Source of the DNA: Holothuria leucospilota
Lineage: Eukaryota
Assembly (NCBI GenBank): GCA_029531755.1
Contig: CM055976.1
Span: forward strand, 6,848,493 to 6,912,492
Reading direction: 5' to 3'
DNA length: 64,000 nucleotides
Shown here: in pieces, positions 11,693-23,854 of the stretch
Layout: every line of letters starts with the position of its first letter
Position numbering within the stretch: the first letter of the stretch is position 1
Notes under the pieces: model-generated
Database searches by the model: none
The model's input: only the letters and a program-made list of their open reading frames with translations
Told to the model about the DNA's origin: nothing
Translations under genes and position numbers: made by a program

Positions 11693-12599
11693 GTACAGAC
11701 AGGCTTGTTTTATTGTATGTTTTATTTTTCTAAATAACCTACAAATATGGGACCTATTGAACAGATAAGCCAAGAAGTATTACTTCAAGCTGTACTGACA
11801 AATTGCATCCAACATTTCAGTGCAAAGAAAATATTAGTATAATGTTCTGCTAGTACAGATCAGTCCAAATACATCATTCTTTCCCAACATTTAATATTGT
11901 GGAAGTGGTACATACAGTATACTACATGTACGATGTAAGTGAAAAGCTATCGAGTTTGCCTGTAGCTACATCAAACTTGACAAGATCAGGGTCTGAAAGC
12001 CATATTCCCTCATCAGGTACTCTATATATATATTCCAGGTTGATCATGAATGCCTTAATGATGGTACATGTTTTTGAGCATGTGTGCACCTTTTTTTTTA
12101 ATATGCCATTATCTTTGTAGAAAAGATGGCACAAAGATTTGTTGAAATTTTTTAGTTCCCCTATTGTAGCAATGAGCCTGAATCATAGTTGTTGTAATGA
12201 ACTCATCAAAGTGTCACCACATTTCAAGTTGTGCATTCTGGTTTAAAAATAGGAGTGGCCAATTTTTTAAGTTTGTAATTTATTAAACTAGGTATTAAAT
12301 TCACAGTTTTGAAGCTTTTAGTGTTTTACATTGAGGTGTATGAGTGCAGAATGAATTACACCTGTTGCCAACCCTATGACATTATTCTTAACTTACATCA
12401 AGATAATCACCAGTTTTGTTGGATTGAGATTCATCTATTGGGGCAAACAAATAAGTATATTCCCAGGACAACAAGATTTGATATTGTTGATTACTTGTTT
12501 ACAATTTGCTGCTTTCATATGGATATACTGTTATACTTATAGTACTTGTTTGGCCTTGAAAGGCAGTTGTCTCAAGACACTAAGCAACCACAAATATGA

Positions 12600-12830
12600 A
12601 GGATGACTATGGCTTATAAATTACAACTTCATGTCAGGTGGGCTGCAGCCAACTCAACAATTTAGATCAAAGTTGGTGTCTGTTCAAAGGCTGGGTCAGA
12701 TGGGAGAACCATAGATTGCTCTTGGATTAAAACCCATCTTACTTTGAACCCTGCACCCCCTGGCTTCCTAACTTCATTGCTTCAAATGCCACTGTGTTTA
12801 TCCACTGGATCACAGCACTGGTTATTATTA
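12600..12830 (-). mobile_element. Inverted copy of the same SINE-like element.
   Basis: The reverse complement of 12780-12830 (ccagtgctgtgatccagtggataaacacagtggcatttgaag) matches 8590-8630. The downstream body is similar along its length. Confidence 0.6.
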
Positions 12831-13063
12831 TTACTGTATATATGAAGGCTTAGCTTCCCTTTAAATGTACAAATGCATATCATATGCATAGCTTAAACTG
12901 CAATGACATATGCCTGTAACACAATAGAATATTTTTCCTTAATAAGTCATAGTAGCAAAGGGTTATTGACACTTACATTGCCTACGGTATGATGTACCTG
13001 ATTAGTTTAAATAGCTTATTTTTTTTAAAATGTGTAAATGTCTCACACTGTGGTTCAATTTAG

Positions 13064-13194
13064 ATGTATCCGATGTGATGGATGTAAGTGACCCTCTTGA
13101 TAAGGTCACCCCAGGTTTGCAAACAAGTGGAGGTCAACCTGTCCTTCTTGAGAGGGTTTCAGTCAAGGCTAAGATGATGGACCTTGTAGCTCAG
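13064..13194 (+). CDS. PARP4: Exon at the start of the VIT domain ((D)VSDVMDVSDPLDKVTPGLQTSGGQPVLLERVSVKAKMMDLVAQ).
   Basis: Acceptor ttcaatttAG (13061-63) and donor CTCAG|GTGACC (13195). The pattern PL..V.V.A.V is typical of the N-terminal end of VIT domains in ITIH, VWA5A and PARP4 proteins. Confidence 0.7.
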
Positions 13195-14215
13195 GTGACC
13201 AGTTTTATTTATTACCCATTGTACTTTATCTATGACCAGTCTTTCTTATTGTCTGCTGTATTTTATATTCTTCTCGTTTTGTTTTAGACACTTTATGTGA
13301 AAAAAGAATTTTGATCTTTTTGAAAGCTTTCCATTATAGGTGTTTTCAGTATGCTGCCAAAGGAAGGATGACCATTTGTTTTCAAAATTATATTGAAAAT
13401 ATAATCCAAAATACCGAAACAGTACCATTGCACCTTACAACAGATACATTCTATTTCCATGATGAATACATTACACTGAATCTTAAAGAGAAGCTCCAGC
13501 CCAAAATTATTTTTGATAAATATCTGAAAAGAAGAATCAGCAATGTGGTGTAATTTGTGTTCGGTTGCTGTGTGCAGTGATTGAAATACTTAGTAGTCCA
13601 AGTAATTACGCCCTAAAAAAAAAGCTTCACTTAAAGTAAGAAGATTCTAGAGGGATGTCATAGCCCCATATAAGTTTTTATTTTTCAATTTTCTGGTATG
13701 TTCTTCTGGTATGTTTTTTATTTAGATTGCAAGGCTACTGAAATAGTCTGTAAAATTCTGATGTTTCATTCTTTCACATTACAAGTGCATGAGATTAAAA
13801 AACTTGATTGGTGAATATGTGAGACAAAGTTTAATGTCATCCATCAAGATAAAGCTATTACACTGCTACTTAGTTACACTGATTACTTACTGCACTTTAT
13901 GTGCAAAGTAGTAACTTCAATTGCTGACATCTCATATCAGCATACAGATTTGGATTTGTAATTTACTGGGATGCTAAGATTAACTTCCTTTTTCACATGT
14001 CCAAAAAAAAAAAAAAAACTTAAAAATTAACTTTGGCTTAGACCATGCAGTGGTAAAGTATGACTGGAACACAAGATAGAGAGGAACTTACTGACATGGA
14101 AATACATGAATAAACACAGAATGACTTTTTAGGAAGCAATATTTTTCACTTTAGTTTGGAATTACATTCTCAATGCAGTTCAATCTTCATACTCTTTTAT
14201 TTTCTTCATTATCAG

Positions 14216-14434
14216 GTCACTGTCTTTCAGAGGTATCGCAATACTAATACCAAACCCATTGAGGCCAAGTACGTCTTTCCATTGGATGATACTGCTGCAG
14301 TGTGTGGCTTTGAAGCTTTCATTGGAGATAAGCACATCGTGGGAGAAGTTAAGGAGAAGGAGACAGCTCACAAGGAGTATAGAGAGGCAGTTAGTCAGGG
14401 ACACGGTGCATACTTGATGGATGAAGAATCAGCG
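14216..14434 (+). CDS. PARP4: VIT domain core exon (VTVFQRYRNTNTKPIEAKYVFPLDDTAAVCGFEAFIGDKHIVGEVKEKETAHKEYREAVSQGHGAYLMDEESA).
   Basis: Acceptor cattatcAG (14213-15) and donor TCAGCG|GTACAC (14435). It carries the signature VIT motifs EA.Y.FPL...AAV.GF...I..K.I.G.VKEKE.A...Y..AV..G.GA.L. Confidence 0.85.
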
Positions 14435-15688
14435 GTACACAATATCAACATCTTTCATTTATTTTACAGGGTTTCAACACAGTGTGGAAAACTGGAAAAG
14501 TCTGGATACTTTGATAGTCTTCAGTGTCCTTGAATTTGGGGTTTTAGGTCTAGAAATATTGAAATATGGTTTTATGAACTGAAACCCCGACACTTGATTG
14601 TTTCATTTATCCACACAGTGTGTAGAACAAGTACAAGTTTTCTTCCAGACATATTTCATTAACCTTTGGTCCTAAAAGTGGCCTTTGTGGTCATAGAAGA
14701 AACCTTGAAAAGTCATGAACTTGAGCACCTCAAAAGTGTTGGAACCTGCTTTCATGATAAGTAATTAGGACTTGATTGTCTTTGAAAAAGTAGTTCAGTA
14801 GCTAGGAAAGTCTTTGCAAAGTCTGACAAGAATTTTTGATATTGGCAGTAAGGAGTTTTTTAACTTTAATGGCATATCAAGTGTTTGATATTATGTTTTT
14901 TTGTCAATCAGTGTCAAATGTTTGGATTGAAAAAAGACCTGTTGCTGTGATTATTGAGCGGTCTGTGCAAAGCAAGACTATAGTGCATAAATAAAGGGAA
15001 ATACTGCATTTATTTTACAGAAGATTTTCATATTAAACTAATATTAATAGATACAGAATGATTAACAATTCAAGAAAAAAGGCTCTCACAGAAAGTTAAT
15101 CCATTATTTGTTGCACAAAAGTAATATGTTCACCCAAACTTTCAAAAATTCAAACGATGCAACATCTATTACTCTTGTAATGCATAATATTTTGTGGAGA
15201 TTAAGCTGTCACTAGAATTTATTGGTGAGACAGAGTGGTTTAACAATGATTAAGGTATTTTCTTTGTATGCCATGTTGCCATGTATGCCATTTTAAATGC
15301 AATATTTCCTTTTAATAACTGGATTCTAAATTCACCATAAATTATTTCTAGAATTTTCTTTTTTGAGGTAAAGTTCATTTCCTTTAATGCAGTAATTTCT
15401 GTGTCTTTCACATTCATATTGTGTTTGTTTGTACTAATGATTTAAGTGTAATTGTTATCACTGGATATGCTTCAATACACTTCTTTGTACTTGAAGACAT
15501 TTTCCTGTGTCTGATGTGTAGGTTACACAAAACATTGAACAGATAATTAAAATGGTAAACCATTGTACCTGGAACCTTCCATTGAATTGGAAATCTTTTT
15601 CAAAGGTTGTGTGTAACTGTTTAGAAAACTTTAATACTGAAACAGTAATACCTTGCATATTGTTATAATCTTTGACCTTTCTTGGCAG

Positions 15689-15891
15689 GACGTCTTCACA
15701 GTTAGTGTTGGGAATCTACCGCCTTCTACAGAAGTAATAATCAAGATCATCTATGTGGTTGAATTAAGTTTGGATGATGATCATATAGTTTTTCATCTTC
15801 CTGGGAGTCTGGCATCATGGAGGAAGGAAGGAGCTTTGGCAGAAGAAACTCAAAATGTGACATCAACTGTTTCAACTGGAGATGAAAAGAT
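15689..15891 (+). CDS. PARP4: VIT domain exon (DVFTVSVGNLPPSTEVIIKIIYVVELSLDDDHIVFHLPGSLASWRKEGALAEETQNVTSTVSTGDEKi).
   Basis: Acceptor ctttcttggcAG (15686-88) and donor AAAGAT|GTAATT (15892). It carries the motifs F.V.VGNL.P...V.I...YV.EL that are characteristic of VIT domains. Confidence 0.8.
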
Positions 15892-16771
15892 GTAATTACA
15901 TATCAGCAATTTAGTTGTAAAGGACAAACAGTCCCTTCTAGGAACAATAACATGTAACTGTATTTTTTATCTAAAGAAAAATAAAGCCACTCTAAGGGAC
16001 TGTAAAATGATGTACAGTAATTACAATGTATCTTTCATTTAACTGAAAATACCCTCTCTACCTTCTTAATACAATTCAGTGTAGTCTACTCATTTGTTCT
16101 GCTCTTCTGTATATTTTTAATTACCTGTGGCTTTGATTTCCATGCTGACAATGACCAAAATATTCCAAACTCATGCACAGATCCAGAGGGGAAATTTTAC
16201 AGCCTCAGCCCCCCCCCCCCGCCCCTTTTTTTTTGCATCACTTTCTTTTTTGAGACTGTTCAAAAGCTGCACTTCAAATTTATATATTACTGAATATTAG
16301 TTTGATTGTTAGATGCCAGGAAATACCATTTAACAGTGTCTAATTTAAATTTTTCCCAGAAGCTCCCCCCCCAATCATTTGACTGTTTTAGCTTTGAACT
16401 TTGCCCTCATGGAATTAACCCACCCCCCCCCCTGTAAAATTTTTGATCTGCCCCTGTAACTGATATGTCAAACTTAATTTAAAGTCACTGGGTTCATTCT
16501 TTGAAGACCCACACATACAATTACATCCTGCTTTCGGTGTGCACTATGAAAATAAGTGATAAGCTTCTTTGTAAATGATGATTTCATGACCACGGGAAAA
16601 CTCCTTAGGTTGTCTTGCAGACTTGCAACATATGGTAATGTTCTTGTCTATGCATGAAGCACATTGGAGCACAGGGTGTGTGTTTTGATGGAACCTGTAT
16701 CCCAGTGCATTATAGTATCACTCTTTTCATTTGTCTATATTACCAAGTTGATTTTTTTTTAACTTTTACAG

Positions 16772-16853
16772 AAAGTTTGAGATGTCATTATCAATGGAGA
16801 TGCCATTTGATATCCAGACTATAAAGTGTTCCACTCATGATATCAAAATTAAA
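16772..16853 (+). CDS. PARP4: Short exon after the VIT core ((I)KFEMSLSMEMPFDIQTIKCSTHDIKIK).
   Basis: Acceptor aacttttacAG (16769-71) and donor TTAAA|GTAAGT (16854). Phase is compatible with both flanking exons and the frame is open. Confidence 0.55.
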
Positions 16854-17436
16854 GTAAGTCAATGCAGATGTCATAACATTTATTCATGAAAAGAAAAAGT
16901 AAGCAGCGGTGCCACCAGATTTCAAAAGTTGAAGGAGGGAGTAAGGCACATAGAAATTTAGGGGACATAACTTTATGGGTATTTGCATTAATCTTGTAGA
17001 CTATACACTTTTGTTACAAGTGTAGATGGGAGAGCAAGTGGGGGGTAACAGTCTTTGACAGGTGGTGGGGCAAATGGTTTTGCTGTGCTCCCCTCCCCCC
17101 TCCCACTGCCCCCGGTGCTAGTGAATATGAAGTAATAAAAAGTATGATAAGAGGAGTAAAATATTATTTCATGTCAATGACCATAACATAATTTTTATTT
17201 TATCATCTTAATAATATACATCACAGCTTTACATTTGTAATGAGCAGTGAAACTTAATGGTATATGGTCACTTGTTTAGTGGTCAGAGGAGAAAACTTAC
17301 TTTTCATGTGCCACATGCATTGAATGGAAAATTTTTTAAGATATTCTGTTTATAAAGTTTGGTAAACAACCCCCATATCCACCACCCTACCTTCACTAAG
17401 TGAAAACAACATCTGTGTGTATCTTTTGCATTTTAG

Positions 17437-17577
17437 AGGACTGCTGCGAAGGCATGCATTACTTTGGCAGAGGGGGAAGATTGTCTCAAGGAAGGCTTTC
17501 ATCTTTCTGTGAAACTCCATAAAATTCACCAACCACACATGTGGGTTGAGCAGAACCCTAATGACAAGGACAGTCAG
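17437..17577 (+). CDS. PARP4: Inter-domain exon (RTAAKACITLAEGEDCLKEGFHLSVKLHKIHQPHMWVEQNPNDKDSQ).
   Basis: Acceptor ttgcattttAG (17434-36) and donor GTCAG|GTACTT (17578). The exon runs phase 0 to phase 0. The segment P.MWVE..P resembles the linker of VIT-vWA proteins. Confidence 0.65.
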
Positions 17578-18126
17578 GTACTTCGACTTATTTTCACATA
17601 TTATCAAACAAAGTTTTGCTGAATGAATTATATGTAAGCTTTTTGTTTCTTGAATGATTTACTCTTGTAGTTAATCTATAGTGATCTCTACAAAAAATTC
17701 CCTAGCATTGCAAGTGTTCAGTGTCAGACACACAAGACTATGGTAAACTAACTTTTCCATTCTCCAGGCACATTATAACACTGACAGTGGCAAAGATGAG
17801 AACAATTGACCCATCTGTCACTCATGTAGACTTTTGGTTTCTCAGCTGCAGATTTCTCAATTTTTAGCAAGCCTTTCTTAGATACCTTTGTATTTCCCCA
17901 GTGTTTTTACAATTTGAATCACTTTACAACATATGACAAGATAATTATCATGTGTGCTTTAATTTTGCTTGAAGTTTTTTTTCAGTTTCCTTTTCAGTTT
18001 CTAAAATCCTGTGCAACCAGTGCTTTTCATGATGGTTTAGTCTTTTCTGTTTATATTATGGTGTTGTACAAGTTAGTTGATAAGGTGAGCAGATTATTGT
18101 ATTCACTGTTACTTTTTTCTCATCAG

Positions 18127-18313
18127 GCTTGCATGCTGACCTTTTATCCAGAATTTGAAGTCCCTCAACTCAAGAAACCAGATGTCACTGTGATATTGGA
18201 CTGTTCCAATTCTATGAAGGGGGAAAGCTTTGAGCATGCAAAGAAAGTTTGTTACATGATTGCCTCTCTAATGCCAAAAAACTACAGGTTTAATCTAGTT
18301 AAGTTTGGTACAA
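18127..18313 (+). CDS. PARP4: N-terminal vWA domain exon (ACMLTFYPEFEVPQLKKPDVTVILDCSNSMKGESFEHAKKVCYMIASLMPKNYRFNLVKFGTn). Its MIDAS-like motif is DCSNS, not the canonical DxSxS.
   Basis: Acceptor ttctcatcAG (18124-26) and donor ACAA|GTAAGT (18314). It carries the vWA hallmarks V..DCSNSM.G and FN...FG. Confidence 0.8.
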
Positions 18314-19122
18314 GTAAGTCAAAGGGTCTTTTACTCTCAGAAATATTCTTGTGGCAATTTAAGAGGATTGTAAATGAAAGAATATTCTTTCATCACATAC
18401 CCTTTAAACCTGTGCATCGATTGCATTGTCAGTGCGGCTTAACATTTTGTTAGAATAAAGGTTATGACTCTAAAAGCTACCTGCATACTTCATTTAAGTA
18501 TTTCAAGATTACAAAACTACAAAAGATGTTCAATTAGTTTGCCTGTATGACATCACTGATTTCCCATAATGCAGTTCATTGTTGTGAAGTGAATATTTTA
18601 TTTGAAACTGTGTAACTTTCAAATGCAACATGCTATTGAGATGGGATTTACACCAGTAAAGATTGAAGAAGATACCTGATCTTTTGAAATTCTTGCATTT
18701 TGTCTCTGGAATATCGGTTTAAACTGCAAATTTGTAGGCCTTCAGGCAGAATTTGTTTGAAAAGGGTGTTCTCCTGTTTCCAGCATATAAACCTGCTATT
18801 CAGTTGCTTTGAATGGTCTTTCAGGGTTCCAACAGCCTGCAAAAGTGAGAGTTATGTTTTAACTTTCCATGCCTGGCAAAGACCTGGAATTTTGTAAAAT
18901 GAAAGAAATCATGGGTTTTTGAAGAATTTCACTTTTTTCTTTACTTTTTCTTCTTTGAACTATGTGCAGATTTTAAGAGTTTTCAGTTTGGTTTAGATGC
19001 ATGGACAAGATCATGGAGTTCTTTTTGTTTTGTCATGAAAAGGTCGTAGAACTTTGCAAGTTGTGGAAAAGTCTTCTTTGTTCCAATCTAAAAAAAATTC
19101 TTCATGCTTAATTCGTTTGCAG

Positions 19123-19381
19123 ATTTCAAAGAGTTCTACCCTGCCTCTCGTCTGTCCTCCAAGATTGATTTTGATGAGCTAAAAGACTTTTTAGCTGGTG
19201 CATCTCCTGCAGAGGGCAACACTGATGTTTGGCGCCCGCTTCATTCACACTACCTTCTTGAGGGTGAAAATTTGCGCAATGTGTTTATCATCTCTGATGG
19301 GCATATCAATAATGAGACAGAAACTTTGAAGAGCATAGCAAAAAATTCTTCTCACACTCGAATTTTTACTTTTGGAGTGAG
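19123..19381 (+). CDS. PARP4: vWA domain exon ((N)FKEFYPASRLSSKIDFDELKDFLAGASPAEGNTDVWRPLHSHYLLEGENLRNVFIISDGHINNETETLKSIAKNSSHTRIFTFGVs).
   Basis: Acceptor cgtttgcAG (19120-22). The donor is assigned to GTGAG|GTTAGA (19382), because only this phase keeps the next exon open. The motifs GGT, IF..SDG and R.FTFG match the vWA domain. Confidence 0.75.
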
Positions 19382-19699
19382 GTTAGAGAAGCTTACGTTT
19401 TCATGGAGAGGTGCAATATATTTGCAGCCCTGGGGGGCATGAGATGGGAAGTGGTGTGATTGGGGGATAACTAACTTAGTGCATTCATATGCAGCATTCA
19501 CATCATAATATTGTATGAAAAACAATCAGAAAACCAAGTTTGAATTTCTTTTTTGTCTCATTGCTGAAGACCAAAAAGTTTTGAAATCTTCCTGCTTTGA
19601 ATGTTAAGTGTGTGACATTAGAGACTGACAAAATGGTTGTCATACTGTAAATAATTTGTTCTTAGCATTCTTAGCATTCTTTTGTTTTGTATTTCCTAG

Positions 19700-19799
19700 C
19701 ACAACTTGCAACAAACATATGTTGAAAATAATGGCTCGCAGTGGTGCAGGATCCTTTGAATTCTTTGACGGAAAAACAAAGTCAGCCTGGCAAAGAAAA
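19700..19799 (+). CDS. PARP4: C-terminal vWA domain exon ((S)TTCNKHMLKIMARSGAGSFEFFDGKTKSAWQRK).
   Basis: Acceptor tatttcctAG (19697-99) and donor AGAAAA|GTAAGT (19800). It resembles the VWA5A segment SLIKGIARASGGTSEFI. Confidence 0.7.
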
Positions 19800-20064
19800 G
19801 TAAGTAAAGTCATCATTGAGCCCCTTGCAGGGATTTTATCATTTATCTTGCATGCTTTTCTATGAGTTAATGCTTTTGAAACCTGTTGGGAATCAGTGAA
19901 TAGACTGTACTTGTCTAGTAACTTGCACTTGTAGCAGTGTTACATATTAAAACTGTGTCTGTATAATTTGGGACAGAAAAAATGGCTTAATTTATTATGC
20001 AACTATTCTTATTATGATATAGCTACAGTCTTCATTAAATAGTTAAATTATTCCTTTACTATAG

Positions 20065-20235
20065 GTGAAGAATCAACTACGGCGAGCAGGACAGCCATCG
20101 GTGAACTCTTTGAGTGTAAAGTGGCACCAGTTTGACAATTATGCTCCCAAGCCCCGTCAGGCCCCTCGTCACTTGGGAGCTCTTTTCAGTGGATCACGTC
20201 TGGTAGTGTTTGGTATTGTGCCCTATTGTACATCG
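20065..20235 (+). CDS. PARP4: Post-vWA exon (VKNQLRRAGQPSVNSLSVKWHQFDNYAPKPRQAPRHLGALFSGSRLVVFGIVPYCTS).
   Basis: Acceptor cctttactatAG (20062-64) and donor CATCG|GTACGT (20236). The exon runs phase 0 to phase 0. It resembles the VWA5A region ...SLSW.LP....L.P......RGQRL..Y. Confidence 0.7.
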
Positions 20236-20705
20236 GTACGTTACCCCTATATTCCTGTTTAGTACTATTAGACTAGGTCTATAGTATTGGCAATAAGCAA
20301 ACAGTAAACATTTTTTGTCAGCAAATCCAAATCAGTAATAAAATTTGGCTATATTGGTCTGCTCACCAAGTTGGAAAGTGTTTGGTAACTTTGTTTACTG
20401 ATAATCCTATCTTTTGTAAGTTTGCAATTGATTTTTAGGGCTCAAAATTCTTTGAATGATGGCCTGTTTGTGCACAAAGTATCATTTTTATAAGGCTTTT
20501 TGTAGAGCTCTTTGTGAATTGTAAGGACTGTTTTTCTTTTCACAGTATTTTTAATTGAAATTTTAAGGAATGAACTTCATAATTTCATACTTGTCTAGTA
20601 GTTAATATGCTTGATAGGTCAGTTGAAAGACTGTGGCAGATTCCATATTGTATTTTATAGAGATCACAACAAGTCACAAGAGACAGTTTCATTTTCTCTT
20701 CCCAG

Positions 20706-20786
20706 GCAACTTTAACAGCTGTTATTGACGGTCAAGAGATATCAACTGTTGTGTCCACTAGTGACTTATGTATCACAAAAGGACTG
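20706..20786 (+). CDS. PARP4: Short in-frame exon (ATLTAVIDGQEISTVVSTSDLCITKGL).
   Basis: Acceptor ttctcttcccAG (20703-05) and donor GGACTG|GTAAGG (20787). 81 bp, phase 0. Confidence 0.5.
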
Positions 20787-22609
20787 GTAAGGGAATGTGA
20801 AGTGGAGTAGATTTTAAATGTCAATAATATATTAAGTATGGGTCTATGCAGTTCTTTGACCTTAAATAATACTGATTAGAGCTTATCAGAAAATTATGTT
20901 ACATCAGAATGTGGAAGAAGTGTATGTATCCGCTGTATAAAGTACTTGCTGTCATTGAAATGTATTTAACAGCGTAAAGGGCTAAACGAATTAAATTTTG
21001 GTCTGTTTATTATGTTTATTATCAGAGGAAGAAGTGTTATGGCTTTTAGCAGTTTGAATGCATTTATGTGTCACAGTGGGCTAAGCTTAGTGTGAATGCA
21101 GATTATTGTAATTTAAAACGAGGAATTTACAGTACATAGCACAGAGGTTCTCAAGTGTTTTTGGCAGTGGGCAACCACTGGAGAACCTAGAATGTAGCAG
21201 TTCTATTCAGAAATAAACTTGATAAGGTGAGGTAAGACATGCTAATAATTAATGAAACCAGTTCTCATTCATTCAACTGGGCAACTGTAGTCACATCTCT
21301 TGAAGAAAGATTATAACTTATCCTTGCACTAAGTGGGTAAAGGTAGATGGACTCACAGTAGTTAAGTTAAGCATTAATTAAACATAAATCTGTGACAAAA
21401 TGCAGATCTGAAGCTCTTTTAGGAGGTGACCACATTGCAGATATCAGGTCGTACGAGATATCGCCTTTTGTGGTACTAAAACTGACAACATCTTAAAACC
21501 ATGATGTAAATGAATTCTTAATTCAAAATAAAGTGGCTCGGTCAACACTATTTTCATGAAGTGAGGTTCTTGCAGAAGAGGTTGACTGCTTTGACCCTGT
21601 CCATAATATTTGGAAACTGCCCAAAAGTTCAGTGTGAAATTGCATTTGGAAGCCAGCATTAAATAAAAACCCAATTAAAACAGATAAAATAGCATTCTGG
21701 CTCCTATATGTACCAGACAATAATTTCAGAAAAGTTCAGGGCTGCAGGTATTGTAACGTGATCAGGTAGAGAAGACACAGGCATCAGGTGTTGAGATTAC
21801 ATGAGTAAAAGACTTCATTTGGCCAGAGCAGACCAAGAAGTCAAGTCACTCAGCAACCTGTAGGAGGAGCACTGTACTCCTCCAACCATACTACAAGCAA
21901 AGGTTGACCAGAAACTATATATTTGCCAAACATTCACACAAGCAGTAATGGAGGGAATTCTTGGTCTAAAAACATGGGATTTACTAATATTTATACAGCA
22001 TTAATCTGGGTAAAGATAGGTGACAAAATGTAATGCAACAGCATGTAAATGAATTATCAGGACCAGTAAACTTCCAATAAATACCAATTTGGCCTGAACA
22101 AAAGAACGTAATATTCATGACATTCCAGAGTGATACTAGGACAGTGTTTTAAAGGGTGCTTTCCATTTCAGTATAATACAGAGATATTGATCCAGGAGAT
22201 GGTCACTTGTGGGTGGAAATTGTCAAAAAGGCATATTTTGGCCATTTAGAGAACCCCTGACTTGACAAAACTACATTAGAATGGGTTCATATTAAAGCTA
22301 TCTGTAAGATAGTCCCATTATGTTTATACCATTACAAGCTGGTGGGATACATATGTGTTGAAAACTAGGACCTCGAAATTGACAAAAACACCAAAATGAC
22401 ATTTTGCAGTTTATTTGTGGGATTTTAAAAAATATCAAATTAGTCAAAATTCAGCAGTCAACAGTTTGTCTAAATTTCTGGGTTTCATTTTTCATGATGT
22501 TTGACTCATACAAATATTATGGGAATTTGTGGAGTTGGTGGAGCAATAAGTTTCTTCCAGTTTGGGAGATTTGGCATAGAATGACCCTTTCCTTAATTAT
22601 TTTGAGCAG

Positions 22610-22792
22610 ACATTACATCGTCTGACAGCTCGGGCTCTTATTCGGGACTGGGAAGATGGCATGCTAGATATGGACCGCATAGAGGAAGAGATAGCTAAGG
22701 AGAAAGAGAAGCAAGCAATTATTTCTCTGAGCAGACAATACAGCATTGTTACTAGTCTTACAAGCTTTGTTGCAATCGAAAAGAGAGAAAAG
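22610..22792 (+). CDS. PARP4: Exon encoding TLHRLTARALIRDWEDGMLDMDRIEEEIAKEKEKQAIISLSRQYSIVTSLTSFVAIEKREK, which is the conserved C-terminal block of the ITIH/VWA5A/PARP4 family.
   Basis: Acceptor tattttgagcAG (22607-09) and donor GAAAAG|GTATGT (22793). The motifs LHRLAA..LI and S..TSFVA.E are conserved in VIT-vWA proteins. Confidence 0.7.
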
Positions 22793-23716
22793 GTATGTGT
22801 CAAGTCCATTGTTTTGAAAAATGAGGCTATATGTGACAATACATTTATGACAGTATTGAAGTTGATACTATTTTAAAAGGGAGCTTCACTTTTCAAAGGA
22901 CTAGCTGTAAGAACTCTTCATGAATGAACAACACTAATTATGCCCATTGTAATATGTTCTCATACAGGGACGTAATTGTAAGAAAAAGAAATCAGATATA
23001 CTTTCCCGTGGTAGGTTTCTTTTCTATGCTCTCCTCTCAATGTTGTGATCAGTAGCAAATGCTTATTAATGAATGAGGGTAAAGGCAAAATTCCTTAAGA
23101 GAAGAGTCATTCTCTCTCTCTCTGAAAGTTATTTCTTTATTATTCATTGTGCTAGTTGATGGCCAGTGAATTTACAATGTGTATCAGAGTACAGGAAATA
23201 GTATTCTGAAAATGTTAGGGAACACAATTCTTCTGTGTTCTGCAAGAATTAAATTAATCCTGTAACTGTATTGAGGAATCATGTCATCATCCTGAAATTT
23301 ATTCCTTCAGGATGACAACATTTGGGCTGGAATTAAATGAAGGATGGCCTTCTTATTTTGGACAATGGCCTTGGTGCCTTCAAAATGGCATACCTTTCAA
23401 TGCCACGTTAAGGCCCTTCCTAACAAAATACAACCAAATTTAGTGTCAGATAATACAAAATATCTTGTTTGATCTTGGTGCTCTTTAAGATAAATTTGGC
23501 CTAAAAAGGGATATGAAAATGGCCTTGCACTCATAATTTCTTATATCCAGCCCGAGACATGATATGTTTATTTGTATATAGTTTGTGATCTTGTTGTTAA
23601 TATTTCATTATCAGAGAGAGAATGATATTTATCAGATGACTTGCAGAAAGAATAAGTGATATCTACATGCTGTTAAAGGTTTTACCAGTTTCATTTGTAT
23701 TGATCACTCATGACAG

Positions 23717-23854
23717 CATGAAGTACAGAGGAAGTCCAACATGGAAGAGAAATTGAAGGAATTACTTCAGATGGAAGACGTTGATGTTTTACCTTACATG
23801 GATTGGCAACTCAGGCAGGAAATGACCATTGACTTTAATGATAAAGACAAATGG
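23717..23854 (+). CDS. Candidate exon (HEVQRKSNMEEKLKELLQMEDVDVLPYMDWQLRQEMTIDFNDKDKW). It has an open frame but a weak GTTTGT donor.
   Basis: Acceptor cactcatgacAG (23714-16). It is open in the phase predicted from the previous exon. The donor AATGG|GTTTGT is non-consensus. There is no homology support. Confidence 0.35.

Noticed and set aside
11354-11773. 139-aa ORF on the minus strand
   Set aside because: It overlaps the PARP exon 11539-11692 in antisense. It has a low-complexity composition and no splice-context support.
17914-18453. 179-aa ORF from the track (the longest in the window)
   Set aside because: It is an artefact of reading across the intron-exon-intron stretch around the vWA exon 18127-18313. 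Only the middle part (ACMLTF...KFGT) is real coding sequence, bounded by a good acceptor and a GTAAGT donor.
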